Shown here: one piece after another, positions 1-9,744 of the stretch | How the letters are laid out: every line of letters begins with the position of its first letter | Position numbering within the stretch: the stretch's first letter is position 1 | Assembly: GCA_900769695.1 (NCBI GenBank) | Contig: CAAGHO010000049.1 | Location: 11,347-75,346 of the forward strand | Direction: 5' to 3' | DNA length: 64,000 nucleotides | From: Bacilli bacterium | Lineage (GTDB): Bacteria > Bacillota_I > Bacilli_A > RF39 > UBA660 | Position numbers and translations under genes: made by a program | Notes under the pieces: generated by a model | Database searches by the model: none | What the model was told of the DNA's origin: nothing | What the model saw: the letters and a program-made list of their open reading frames with translations, nothing else

Positions 1-1
1 T

Positions 2-250
2 ACTGGAAATTTTTATAGCCCTACCATAATCATAGTACCTTTAACTTCTAAGGTTAAAAGAGAAGATTTACTCACACATTATACATTATCTAAAGAAAAA
101 AATAAATTTCTTATAGATGATAGTGTTGCTTGTGCTGAACAAATTCGTGCTGTAGATAAGTCAAGGTTTAAAAATTATATTGGAACTTTGAACAAAGCTG
201 ATTTAAGAGCAATTACTGGCATTGTATTTGCTAACCTTTGTGGTGACTAA
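2..250 (+). CDS. MazF/PemK-family toxin (type II TA endoribonuclease), C-terminal part; 5' end outside window
   Basis: Frame 2 reads ..SPTIIIVPLTSKVKREDLLTHY..DDSVACAEQIRAVDKSRFKNYIGTLNKADLRAITGIVFANLCGD, stop 248-250; fits the remembered PemK/MazF pattern (vPlTS .. eQiRtvDk.Rl..iG.L). Confidence 0.6.
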   Translation, partial: TGNFYSPTIIIVPLTSKVKREDLLTHYTLSKEKNKFLIDDSVACAEQIRAVDKSRFKNYIGTLNKADLRAITGIVFANLCGD

Positions 251-309
251 TTGGAATAAAATGAATAAATGGACAATAAAAGGAAGAAGGGTATTTTATG
301 ATAAAGTAG

Positions 310-690
310 GTGAGATTTGTGGAAGATATGACAGCACATGAAATTAAAGAAGATTTAAGAGAGGTTAAGTTAAAAGTAGACGAACATACACAAGATATTA
401 CTAGACTTCAAGAAAGTCATAAATTTATTCAGCAATTATCAGAACAAGTTGTAAAAACTAATACTGCTTTAAACGAAACTATTCAAGATATTAAAATTAC
501 AATGATTTCTTTACAAAGTGATGTTTCAGACGTTAAACTTCAAGTAAACGATATTAAAACGGATTTTAATAAAATTAAAGAAGAATCCAATTTTAATATT
601 ATGGAATACATAAAGAAAAATTTCCCTACAATAATTATTGCAATATCTTTTGTAGGATATATATTAGCAACTAAATACGGATTCAAATAG
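310..690 (+). CDS. XhlA-like lysis-associated protein (coiled coil plus C-terminal TM anchor)
   Basis: 126-aa ORF, heptad-like N-terminal two thirds, one C-terminal TM (FPTIIIAISFVGYILATKY), directly upstream of a holin as xhlA is in PBSX-type cassettes; start GTG 310 or ATG 328. Confidence 0.45.
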   Translation: MRFVEDMTAHEIKEDLREVKLKVDEHTQDITRLQESHKFIQQLSEQVVKTNTALNETIQDIKITMISLQSDVSDVKLQVNDIKTDFNKIKEESNFNIMEYIKKNFPTIIIAISFVGYILATKYGFK

Positions 691-705
691 AAAGGACTTG
701 ATATT

Positions 706-975
706 ATGCCAGATTTCGGAATTGTAAGTGTACCTGTAATTGTAGTTATTGCTTATCTTGCAGGACAGTTTGTTAAAAATTATACTAAGTTAGATAATAA
801 TAAAATTTTACCGATTGTTGGATTGATTGGTGGAATTGCAGGTGTTTTAGGTTATAGATATATGGTTGATTTTCCTGCTGACGATATTATGACGGCTGTT
901 GCTATTGGTATTGTGTCTGGAATGGCTTCTACATGGGTAGACCAAGTTGCAAAGAAAGTGGTTACTGATAAGTAG
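706..975 (+). CDS. holin (Phage_holin_4_1 / LL-H-like)
   Basis: 89 aa, hydrophobic segments ..VPVIVVIAYLAGQFV.., ..ILPIVGLIGGIAGVLGY.., ..AVAIGIVSGMASTWVDQVAKKV with charged tail; RBS gaaagga 9 nt before ATG. Confidence 0.7.
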   Translation: MPDFGIVSVPVIVVIAYLAGQFVKNYTKLDNNKILPIVGLIGGIAGVLGYRYMVDFPADDIMTAVAIGIVSGMASTWVDQVAKKVVTDK

Positions 976-1102
976 AAATAGGGTGACATTGGTTTGAATG
1001 GATTGTATGATAAATTGGTAGGGTAAACTTTTTGAAAGGGTATCACGTTTCGTTACACCCTTGTACATAGATTATGGAATAAAACGAAAGGAATGGAATA
1101 AA

Positions 1103-1552
1103 ATGATTAATTTAGAAGAAAAAGTGATAACAATTCCTTATACTGAGGACAAAAAAGGTGAAAAATATACAGTAAAACACTATTTAACACCAGAACAGGT
1201 TGAACTTATTGGAAATAATATGTTAAAGTGTTCAAATGCTGTTGAGAGAAATGTTGTTAAAAATACAATGCTTGTTAAGTTAATGACTGATATTCCAGAG
1301 GAAATTGCTAAAGATTATGATATGCTTGTTAAATCTGGAATTATTGAAACTGTGAATTTTGATGTGTTTAACGTTAGTGAAATTGATGATTATGTAGAAG
1401 ATGAATTATCAATCAGAACTAATGTAAATAAATTTTTAGAACAGTTGAATAAGACTTTAGATAAATATGCTAAGAAAATGCCTAACAATAAACAGATTGA
1501 GGATATGTTAGCAGACAGTAAAAAGTTAGTAGAAGCGTTTGGAAAGAAGTGA
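1103..1552 (+). CDS. hypothetical protein (tail-assembly-chaperone-like position only)
   Basis: Track ORF 1061-1552; ATG 1103 follows a gaaaggaatgg RBS; acidic 149-aa product; no motif recognised. Confidence 0.4.
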   Translation: MINLEEKVITIPYTEDKKGEKYTVKHYLTPEQVELIGNNMLKCSNAVERNVVKNTMLVKLMTDIPEEIAKDYDMLVKSGIIETVNFDVFNVSEIDDYVEDELSIRTNVNKFLEQLNKTLDKYAKKMPNNKQIEDMLADSKKLVEAFGKK

Positions 1553-1561
1553 TAAGGTAAA

Positions 1562-2071
1562 ATGGCTTATGCTAAAAACGTAGCTGAGTTTTATTCCTTG
1601 TATAATGAACCAGTTTCTAAAGCTGTTGAATATGTAATGCAACAAATGATTATAAAATACAAAGAATTAATCAATCAGATTGTATATACACATATGCCAG
1701 AAGAGTATGAAAGAACATATGAGTTTCTGGAAAGTTGGCAAACAATTTCACAAAAAACAAGCAAAGGTGGGTCTGGGATTTTATCTCAAGACCTTACTTT
1801 TATGTCTTATAATCCAGAAATGTTCCAACATGGTAGTTTATATACTACTTATGGTGATGTAAGAGATGAATTAACTGGAATTATATATCAAGGTCTTGGT
1901 GGCGATTTGTTTGGGTATGGTTGGTGGAATAAACCAAGAGATGCTTGGACACCACTAATTGAACAGTTGAATAAAGGTGAATTAAAGAAATGGTTTATTG
2001 AAGGTATGCAAAAACAAGGAATACAGTGTAGAAGTGTAGGAAGAGGTAAAAATATATCCTCTTTCTGGTAG
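1562..2071 (+). CDS. hypothetical protein
   Basis: 169-aa ORF starting 9 nt after the previous stop; no family recognised. Confidence 0.55.
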   Translation: MAYAKNVAEFYSLYNEPVSKAVEYVMQQMIIKYKELINQIVYTHMPEEYERTYEFLESWQTISQKTSKGGSGILSQDLTFMSYNPEMFQHGSLYTTYGDVRDELTGIIYQGLGGDLFGYGWWNKPRDAWTPLIEQLNKGELKKWFIEGMQKQGIQCRSVGRGKNISSFW

Positions 2072-2091
2072 AATTTGGAAAAGAGGATTAT

Positions 2092-2679
2092 ATGGAAAAT
2101 GTTGTAATTGGACTGGATATGTCAACGAAAAGTTCTGGATATTCAGTTTTTAAAAATGGTAAATTGATAAAATTTGGCGTTTGGAGACAGAAGCAAGAGA
2201 TAGCTTGGAGAGAACGTTGTATATATATGGGGAATGAGTTATCCACGCTATTGGACACTTATTCCCCATATTTTATTTATTGTGAAGATACAATTTTAAG
2301 TGGTGAATGTGGTAATAATGTACAAACAGTAAAACAATTATCAGTGTTACAAGGAATCGTATTAGGTGTTTGTGCTGTACATAATGTAAAAATAGAATTT
2401 CTTATGCCTAGTAAATGGCGTAGTGATTTGGGCGTTTATGATGGTACTAGAGATGGAACCAAACGCCCAGTAATGAAATGGAAAACTATAGAAAAAGTCA
2501 ATCATATTTTTGGGTTGGAATTGTTTTATGATTTAGACAAACCTAAAAGCGTGAAAAATGATGATGATATTGGAGATGCTATTGGAATAGCATGGTCGCA
2601 GATTAAACCTACTGAAACAAGTAAGGGATTTGGTAAAAAGCCAAATATAAACGCTAAGAAAGGTAGGTGTAAAGGTTAA
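2092..2679 (+). CDS. RuvC-like Holliday junction resolvase
   Basis: VIGLDMSTKSSGYSVF (first Asp), YCEDT (Glu) and NDDDIGDAIGIAW (Asp pair) match RNase-H-fold RuvC resolvases of Gram-positive phages. Confidence 0.7.
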   Translation: MENVVIGLDMSTKSSGYSVFKNGKLIKFGVWRQKQEIAWRERCIYMGNELSTLLDTYSPYFIYCEDTILSGECGNNVQTVKQLSVLQGIVLGVCAVHNVKIEFLMPSKWRSDLGVYDGTRDGTKRPVMKWKTIEKVNHIFGLELFYDLDKPKSVKNDDDIGDAIGIAWSQIKPTETSKGFGKKPNINAKKGRCKG

Positions 2680-3322
2680 TGGCAATGAATAGTAGTAACT
2701 TCCAGATACTTGTAAATGCGGTATTGGATGCAAAAAATATTCAAGCACAATTAGATAAGATAAGTCAAAAGTACGCAACTATGAAAGTTGGTATTGATGT
2801 AGATACAAGCAAACTTAATAGTGCGTTAAGTGGACTTAAAGGTTTAAAAGTTGGATTTGATGATACAAGTAGTAGTGCAGATAAGACTTCTCAGAGTATT
2901 GGTGATATATTTACTAAAGTATCTAAGTTTGGTGGCGTAACACTTGTTATTAATGAGTTAAGACAATCGTTAATGGACGGTGTAGATGCTGTTAGGGAAT
3001 TAGATGCCGCTGTTACTGAATATAAGAAAGTATCTGATTTAACAGATGAGGGAATGAAAAGTTTTGTAGAAGATGCTAGAGAATTAGGACTTGAAGTAGC
3101 CCGTACCGGCGAAGAAATGGTATCTGGAGCTGCTGAATGGAAAAAAATGGGATATTCTGACGCAGATAGTTTGCAACTTGCAAAAGTAGCGGCTGTTTTA
3201 TCCAATGTAGCTGATGAAGCATTAAGTACCGCAGATGCTTCTTCTATTTTAAACTCTCAATTAAAAGCGTTTAAATTAAATGCTGATGATGCAATGAGTG
3301 TTGCTGACAAAATCAATGAGGT
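2679..3322 (+). CDS. tail tape measure protein, exon 1
   Basis: ATG overlaps the ruvC-like stop (TAATG); ..GGVTLVINELRQSL..AAEWKKMGYSDADSLQLAKVAAVLSNVADEALSTADASSILNSQLKAF..ADKINEV is a typical TMP N-terminal core; ORF then hits a stop at 3327 inside the proposed intron. Confidence 0.8.
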
Positions 3323-3414
3323 AGAATAACTTGCCTTTGAAGAACTATATCGGTTAAAAGCCAGAAGTGGTTAAGACCGAGGAAAGATTTTAATAAAAAA
3401 TAAGGAATTACATA

Positions 3415-3443
3415 TTGCAAAAATATTTGAAACATAGTATAAT
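3415..3443 (+). promoter_or_regulatory. sigma-A-type promoter inside the intron, upstream of the endonuclease ORF
   Basis: TTGCAA-17 nt-TATAAT. Confidence 0.55.
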
Positions 3444-3463
3444 AAAGTCTATAGAAGAAAAAT

Positions 3464-4606
3464 ATGGAGGTAGATTATACTATGGAATATTGTACGAAAT
3501 GTAAAATAAGAGAAGCAACTTGTAAACACAAATGTAAATTTTGTAACTATATTGACCGTAGAAAAACAGATATTGGTAATATAATAAAAGAGGGATTTTG
3601 GTCTGAAAAAGAAATTCATTTTATTATAGAAAATCTTATTTATGGTAAAATTGATATTTTGAATGATTTTTTACCGTATTTGGATGATAATAAAACTTTG
3701 GATGATTTGGTAATTTTAGTTAATACTACTATGAAAATCAGGGGACAGCTGACTTATAAAGTAAGAGTAAAATGTTCTGTGTGCGGAAAAGATTATTTAA
3801 TTTCTCCTTCAAGATATTTACGAACAAAGAAAAATAAATTGAATTTTTATTGTGATTTTGAGTGTAGAAATAAAGGATTTAAAATTTTTGGTTCACATGC
3901 CAATGAAAGAAATAGTCAATATAATTCAGAATGGACAAAATGTTCTATGTGTGGTAAGAAAATTTTACTTCCAAAATATAAAAGAGAACAGAAAAATAGA
4001 TTTGGAGATAATCACACTTTTTGTTCCCAAAAATGTTATTGGAATTTTCGTTCAAAATATTATGTTAAAGATAAAAATATGAATTATGGTATTAAATTTG
4101 ATGAAGAAAGATTGGAAGAAATGAGAAAACAAACTTCTAAACTTCACAGTGAACATTTATATTCGCAAACACAAACAAAAATTCAAAAAATAATAGTTGA
4201 TTTATTAATTAATAATGGTATTAACTATCAAGAGGAATATTTTTTAGGAGAACAATCTTTAGATATTTATTTATCAGATTATAACTTAGGTATAGAAATA
4301 AATGGAGATTATTGGCATACAAATCCTATTAAATATAAATCAGATGATAAATTAAGTAAACAACAATTAAAGCAATTCACTTATGATTTAAAGAAATATA
4401 ATTATTCGTTAGAGCATTTTCCAATATTATATTTATGGGAAAATGATATAAAGAATAATTTAAAATTATGCGAATTATTAATAATGTTGTTTATAAAAGA
4501 AGGACAATTAAAAGATTATAATAGTTTTAATTATACTTTAGATGAAGATAAAATTAAATTAAATACAAATATTATTATTCCTTATTATTTATTAAAAAAT
4601 CCGTAA
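3464..4606 (+). CDS. intron-encoded homing endonuclease: N-terminal zinc-ribbon repeats plus C-terminal Vsr/DUF559-like PD-(D/E)xK nuclease domain
   Basis: Repeats CSVCGKDYL..FYCDFEC and CSMCGKKIL..TFCSQKCY; C-terminus ..NGINYQEEYFLGEQSLDIYLSDYNLGIEINGDYWHTNP..ILYLWENDI fits the D..E.xG..WH layout of Vsr-like nucleases; alternative start ATG 3482 after GGAGG. Confidence 0.55.
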   Translation: MEVDYTMEYCTKCKIREATCKHKCKFCNYIDRRKTDIGNIIKEGFWSEKEIHFIIENLIYGKIDILNDFLPYLDDNKTLDDLVILVNTTMKIRGQLTYKVRVKCSVCGKDYLISPSRYLRTKKNKLNFYCDFECRNKGFKIFGSHANERNSQYNSEWTKCSMCGKKILLPKYKREQKNRFGDNHTFCSQKCYWNFRSKYYVKDKNMNYGIKFDEERLEEMRKQTSKLHSEHLYSQTQTKIQKIIVDLLINNGINYQEEYFLGEQSLDIYLSDYNLGIEINGDYWHTNPIKYKSDDKLSKQQLKQFTYDLKKYNYSLEHFPILYLWENDIKNNLKLCELLIMLFIKEGQLKDYNSFNYTLDEDKIKLNTNIIIPYYLLKNP

Positions 4607-4794
4607 CGACTACAGGACTTTTGTGGTAACATAAAAGTTGAAGTTCTTCCTTGCTTAAAAAGTAAGTAATATATAGTCTGAACCTTGCGATATAACTAAA
4701 CAAGAAACGCAAGAATAAGGTAGAAATTCCTTATCGCCATAAATATTTTATGGTCAGTATCTTTAATTTTAATTAAAGAGAAAGTAACAGAAAG

Positions 4795-7700
4795 AAGCAA
4801 TGATTTTGCAGTATCAAGTAGTGATATTTCAAGAGCATTAATGACTGGTGCTTCTGGTATGGCAGCATTAGGTAACTCATTAGATGAAACAATAGGTATA
4901 ATTTCTAGTGTAGTTACTGAGATGCCGAACCAAGCCAGCAGAGCAATTCGTGGTATTCAGTCATACGGAAACGCTATAGCAAAATTAGCAAATGATTCTG
5001 GTGAATTGAGTTATAAAGTAGATGGAGTTACTAAATCCATATCCTTATTAGATAGTACAACAGGAGATATTAAATCCACATTCGCAGTATTATCAGAAAT
5101 AAATAAAGACTGGAATAAAATGTCTAACGCTGAAAAACAAGCGTTAGGTTTAGCATTAGCAGGTAAGAACCAGTTCGCAGTATTTGAGGCGTCTTTAAAT
5201 TCTTTTGATGTTGCTTTAGACGCAACTGAAAAAGCGTTGGGTTCTACTGGTTCAGCACTTAAAGAAAATGCACGTTATCTTGATTCTATTCAAGGTAAAG
5301 TATCTCAGTTTACCTCAGAATTAGAGAAGTTTTGGACTGAGGGTATTTCCTCAGATAGTGTAAAACGCCTTGTAGAATTTGGTACGCAAGTATTAAAACT
5401 TATTAATGATTTAGGCGGTATGCCCACTGTACTTACTGCTATTACAGGTGCTTTTATTACTCTTAATGGACATAAAGTACCAGAAATGATAGCAAAAATA
5501 TCTACAAATGTTTTAGACATGATTGCTAAATTTGATTATGCTTATGCCGCTACAGGTTCTTTAGCACAAGGATTTACGGCTATGGCAGGTGCAGGTAGTT
5601 TATTAACTGCAAGTTTAGGTGCAGTATCACTTGTTATTACTGGACTTGTAGCCGCTTATAGTTATTATAATACTCAACAAGAAAACGCAAGAAGAGCCGC
5701 AGAACAAGCAGGTAGTAGTTTTGAAGATGAAAGAAAAAATCTTTATAATTTAAGACTTGAATATATTAATGCTAAAGAAGCTACAGGTGATGAAGATGAA
5801 AATAAACAAAAGTTAAAATCTACAATTTCTAAACTTGCTAAGGCTTACGGTATTGAAGAAGAAGCACTATCAAATTTGAACGGAACAAGAGCAGAAGGTT
5901 TAGATTTACTTAGTAAAGAAAATGCTGAAAAATCACAAGATTTTTTGAACAGAAATCAAGCTGAAATTCAGAAAGCACAAAAAGCAACACAGGATATGTT
6001 AAATAGAACTTCATTTTACATTCCTTTAAAATTTACTTATGATACTGAATCCAGTGAATCTTTTAAGGCGTTTTATAATAAATATACACAGAGTTTGGGC
6101 GAAGGCGTTTATAAAGCGGCAGGTGGTTATAAAGAATTAATAGCGGATTTAAACACTACTATTACCGCAATGCAACAAGAAGATAATCAAACAAAATTAC
6201 ATCAGCAAACTTTAGCGTTCTTAAGTAATACTCTTGTTGAATTAGAGGATAAATATAATAAAACTGCTACACTTACAAGAGAAGCCGCTGACGCAACAGT
6301 TGATGTTGATAAAAAGACGCAATCTTTTATAAATACTCAATATAATAGCCTTAGTTCCTTTGAAAGTGTATACAATGCGTTGCTTGAAAATAATTCGCAG
6401 ATTCCGTTGTTTAAAGAAGCGTTAGATGAAGTTGTTGCTACGCAATTCCCAGATTTTGCAAAAGCATTAGGAATTGAATTACAAGATAATGGTGATAAAG
6501 CAAAAGAAGCCGCTGATGGCGTAAATCAATATGGCGAAGACGTAGGTGAAGCCGCTTCTCAAACAGAAGAATTTGAAAAAGCTATTAAAAGTCTTACTTC
6601 AGAATTAAAAGGCGTTCAAGACGCTTATGATACTTTACATGAAGTAGCAGACGAATACAATAAAACTGGTAGTGTTACAATAGATACAATGGCTGATTTA
6701 TTATCTTTAAACCCAGAATATCTCAATTCTTTACAAATGGTAAATGGTCAATTAGTTGTTAATGATGCTTCTTTAATGTCAATGGCACAAAGCTTTACTG
6801 AAAGTGGGATTTCTGCTATTTCTAGTTCACAAGGATTAGATACTTTTAGTGAAAGTGAGCAAAAAGTTGGCACAAACGCAGAAACAGGGAAACAAGGTTC
6901 TGATAATTTAGGAACTTCTATTCAACAAGTGGGAACAGCAAGTTCACAAGCAAATCCTTATTTAACAACGATTGGTAATACAGCTATAACAACAGGCAAC
7001 CAATTTGCACAAGGAGCGCAAGGAATTTTACAATTTGCTTCTAGTTTAGATGCTGTATCTGGTGCCGCACCAAAAGCTAGAACAGGCAGTAGCGGTGTTG
7101 GTGTTCAATCTTACTCAGAAGGATTTGACGCACAAGTTCAAGCTTACCGTAATCAACAAAATCAAAAACTTTTAGAGGAATTGAAAAAAGGATTACAATT
7201 TAAACCTTCTACTTCTGGTAGTAAAGGAGGTAAAGGTGGTGGTTCTAAGAAATCCTCAACCTCAGATGCAGAAAAACAAGCAAAAGCAGACGCTAAAGCA
7301 TATAAAGAAGCATTTGAAAAAGAACTTGCTACTTTAGATAAACAAAAGGTTTCAATGAAAGATAATGCCGCTACAGATAAATGGTATTATGAACAGCTTG
7401 AAGAACTTACAAATAAATACTACAAAGATAAAGAGGGGTATGAGGATGAATATAACAAGTACCATGAGAAAGCCTTAGACGGTATGACAAAAGCCCATGA
7501 TGCGGCTTATACTGAGCGTTATAACCTCTTAAAACATCAACTTGCTATGGATATGATTTCTGAACAGGAATACTATGACGAACTTGAAGAATTAATGAAA
7601 GAGTTCTATAGTAATGAAGAAAAATATGGCGAACAGCGTTGGAAAATTGAGGAAGAGATTTATTCTGGAAGAAACAAACTTGAAGAAGAATCTACGAGAA

Positions 7701-8812
7701 AAGCTGAACAAGAAGCCGAAAAACGTAAGAAAGCACGTAAAGAGGAATGGGAAGAAGAAAAGGAATGGTATGAGGAACAACAATCTAATCTGGAAACAGC
7801 GTTTAATTATGTTGCTTCATTAGCACAGAAAGAGATTGATAAACTTAATGAGCGTAAACAAGCTATTCAAGACCAGTATGACGCTGAGATTGACAAGATA
7901 AATGAGAAGAACGATGCAACAAATGATGAAATTGAACTACAAGAAAAGTTAGATGCTTTAGCAAAAGCACAACAAAAGAAAGTAAGAATTTATAGAGAAG
8001 GAGAAGGTTTTGTCTATGAAACTGACCAATCTGCTGTAGATGAAGCCAAATCTGCTCTTACACAATATAAGAAAGAGCAAGACACTAAGAAAGAGATAAA
8101 ACGTCTTGAAGATATTCGTGACGCTACAATTAATTCTGTTGAAGAACAGATAAAATACTGGGAAAAGTACAAAGATGAATGGGGTAGTGTTACAGATAAT
8201 TATACAACTGAACAGAACAAACTTCTTGCTGAACAAGTATTAGGTATTAGTTTAGAGGGTGAAAACTGGGAGAAACGTCTTGGTAATCTTCAAGATTATG
8301 TAGATAGATACAATGAAATAATGAGTACACTTAAGACAAGATATAAAAGTTACGATGATGATGACGATGAAGATTTTGGTGACGAACTTGACCCAGATGA
8401 ATATTATTCTGATAAAGAACCTAGTTATTCTCATGGGTCTGGTGGTGATAACTGGTATGAAGATGATACTTCACATGGCCCGGGGGCTTATGCAAACGGT
8501 ACAACAAAAGGTTATGGTTTATCTATGGTTGGTGAAAAAGGTCGAGAATTAAGAGTTCTTGGTTCAAGGTCTAATGAGGGTGACGGTATTATTCCTAATC
8601 ATTTGACTGAGAATCTTATGCAACTTGGTAAATTCTCACCTACACAATGGTTAAACAGTATTGTAGGAAAAATGGGTGGACAGTCTGCACCTATTTATAA
8701 CTACGCTTTTGAAAATCTTACATTACCAAATGTTACCAACGCACAATCATTTATTGACGAATTAAAGAATTTAAAAAACAGAGCATTACAGATGGGTGGA
8801 AGGAGAGATTAA
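4795..8812 (+). CDS. tail tape measure protein, exon 2
   Basis: (V)SNDFAVSSSDISRALMTGASGMAALGNSLDETIGIISSVV.. TMP core, TM-like Gly/Ala segment, long charged coiled coil, C-terminal ..GYGLSMVGEKGRELRV..; exons 644+4018 nt = 1554 codons. Confidence 0.8.
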
Positions 8813-8825
8813 TTCTCTCCTTTTA
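8802..8825 (+). terminator. weak hairpin/attenuator at the TMP stop codon
   Basis: GGAGAGA-5 nt-TCTCTCC followed by TTTT; stop codon lies in the loop. Confidence 0.4.
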
Positions 8826-8869
8826 CTATAAAGATTTTGTTTGTTTTGGTAAAGGAAGTGAATTGAATT

Positions 8870-9724
8870 ATGCAAAATTTATACAACAATAAAGGAACCG
8901 ATGTTAAGCGAGGGAATAGTAGCCTTGATGCTAAAACATGGGATATAAATAAAGAAATACTTGAAGCTATGAGAATTATTGCAAAACAGGAAGTTAATAA
9001 AGCACCTAGAGATATTACTAAAACTGGTTTGATTAAAAGTTTAAATTCTGATGGTACATATAATGTTGTTATAGATAATAAAGAATATAGCAGAGTTCCT
9101 AGTTACTCTGTCGCAAACTTTAAGATAAATGATATTGTAAAAGTCACATACCCACAAAATCAAGCAAGTAATATGTATATAAGCGGTGGTGGAAGTAGCA
9201 AATCTGGTGGTATTAGTGCTTTAGATGTTTATCCTATTGGTTCAATTTATCTTTCTTTGGTTGCTACTAATCCTTCAACTTTTTTTGGTGGAAGTTGGTT
9301 GTTAATAGGACAAGGAAGAACTTTAGTAGGCGTTGACACTAATCAAGATAGCTTTAATCAAGCAGGAAAACTGGGCGGTGTGTATAGTAATGATTATACT
9401 CACGCACACACAACGCAAAATCATGTATTAACAATAAATGAAATTCCAAACCATCAACATGGTATGGATGGCAATACAAATATTATAGCAGTAAAACATG
9501 GCTCTGCGGCACCTAATGAGTTTTCTCCAATTTCGACTAATAATGGTTTTCAAATTCATAACAACGGTGGTTGGTTTAATGATTGGAGCAAAGGTACTAT
9601 TACAACTACATTAGGTGAAGGTGGAGGACAAGGACATACACACGGAGATGTAACATTGACAAAACAAACTATTTCAACTGTACAGCCATATCTTTGTTGT
9701 TATATTTGGCAAAGAACATCTTAA
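8870..9724 (+). CDS. tail/baseplate protein with tail-collar-like C-terminal domain
   Basis: ..YPIGSIYLSLVATNPSTFFGGSWLLIGQGRTLVGV..LTINEIPNHQHG..GQGHTHG resembles phage tail-collar receptor-binding domains with HxH motifs. Confidence 0.5.
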   Translation: MQNLYNNKGTDVKRGNSSLDAKTWDINKEILEAMRIIAKQEVNKAPRDITKTGLIKSLNSDGTYNVVIDNKEYSRVPSYSVANFKINDIVKVTYPQNQASNMYISGGGSSKSGGISALDVYPIGSIYLSLVATNPSTFFGGSWLLIGQGRTLVGVDTNQDSFNQAGKLGGVYSNDYTHAHTTQNHVLTINEIPNHQHGMDGNTNIIAVKHGSAAPNEFSPISTNNGFQIHNNGGWFNDWSKGTITTTLGEGGGQGHTHGDVTLTKQTISTVQPYLCCYIWQRTS

Positions 9725-9744
9725 AAAGTAGGTGATTAAATTTT

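Larger units (their letters stand above)
3323..4794 (+). mobile_element. group I intron (1472 nt) with endonuclease ORF, inserted in the tape measure gene
   Basis: 5' exon ends in U; P1 GAGGU(3318-3322)/GCCUU(3333-3337) with U.G; P10 CUU(3330-3332)/AAG(4795-4797); terminal G at 4794; GACUA(4608-4612)/UAGUC(4674-4678) P7-like; junction restores ..INEV|SNDFAVSSSDISRAL.. in frame. Confidence 0.7.

Noticed and set aside
1103-2071. Programmed -1 frameshift (G/GT-type) tail chaperone pair upstream of the tape measure gene
   Set aside because: The two ORFs do not overlap, the second has its own ATG and spacer, I saw no slippery heptamer at the junction, and a RuvC-like gene intervenes before the TMP.
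7592-8434. ORFs antisense to or out of frame with the tape measure gene (7592-7783, 7614-7823, 7958-8236, 8252-8434, 8355-8552)
   Set aside because: They lie inside the GAA/AAA-rich coiled-coil region of a clearly coding frame and give Phe/Leu-rich or Lys-rich nonsense products without RBS.
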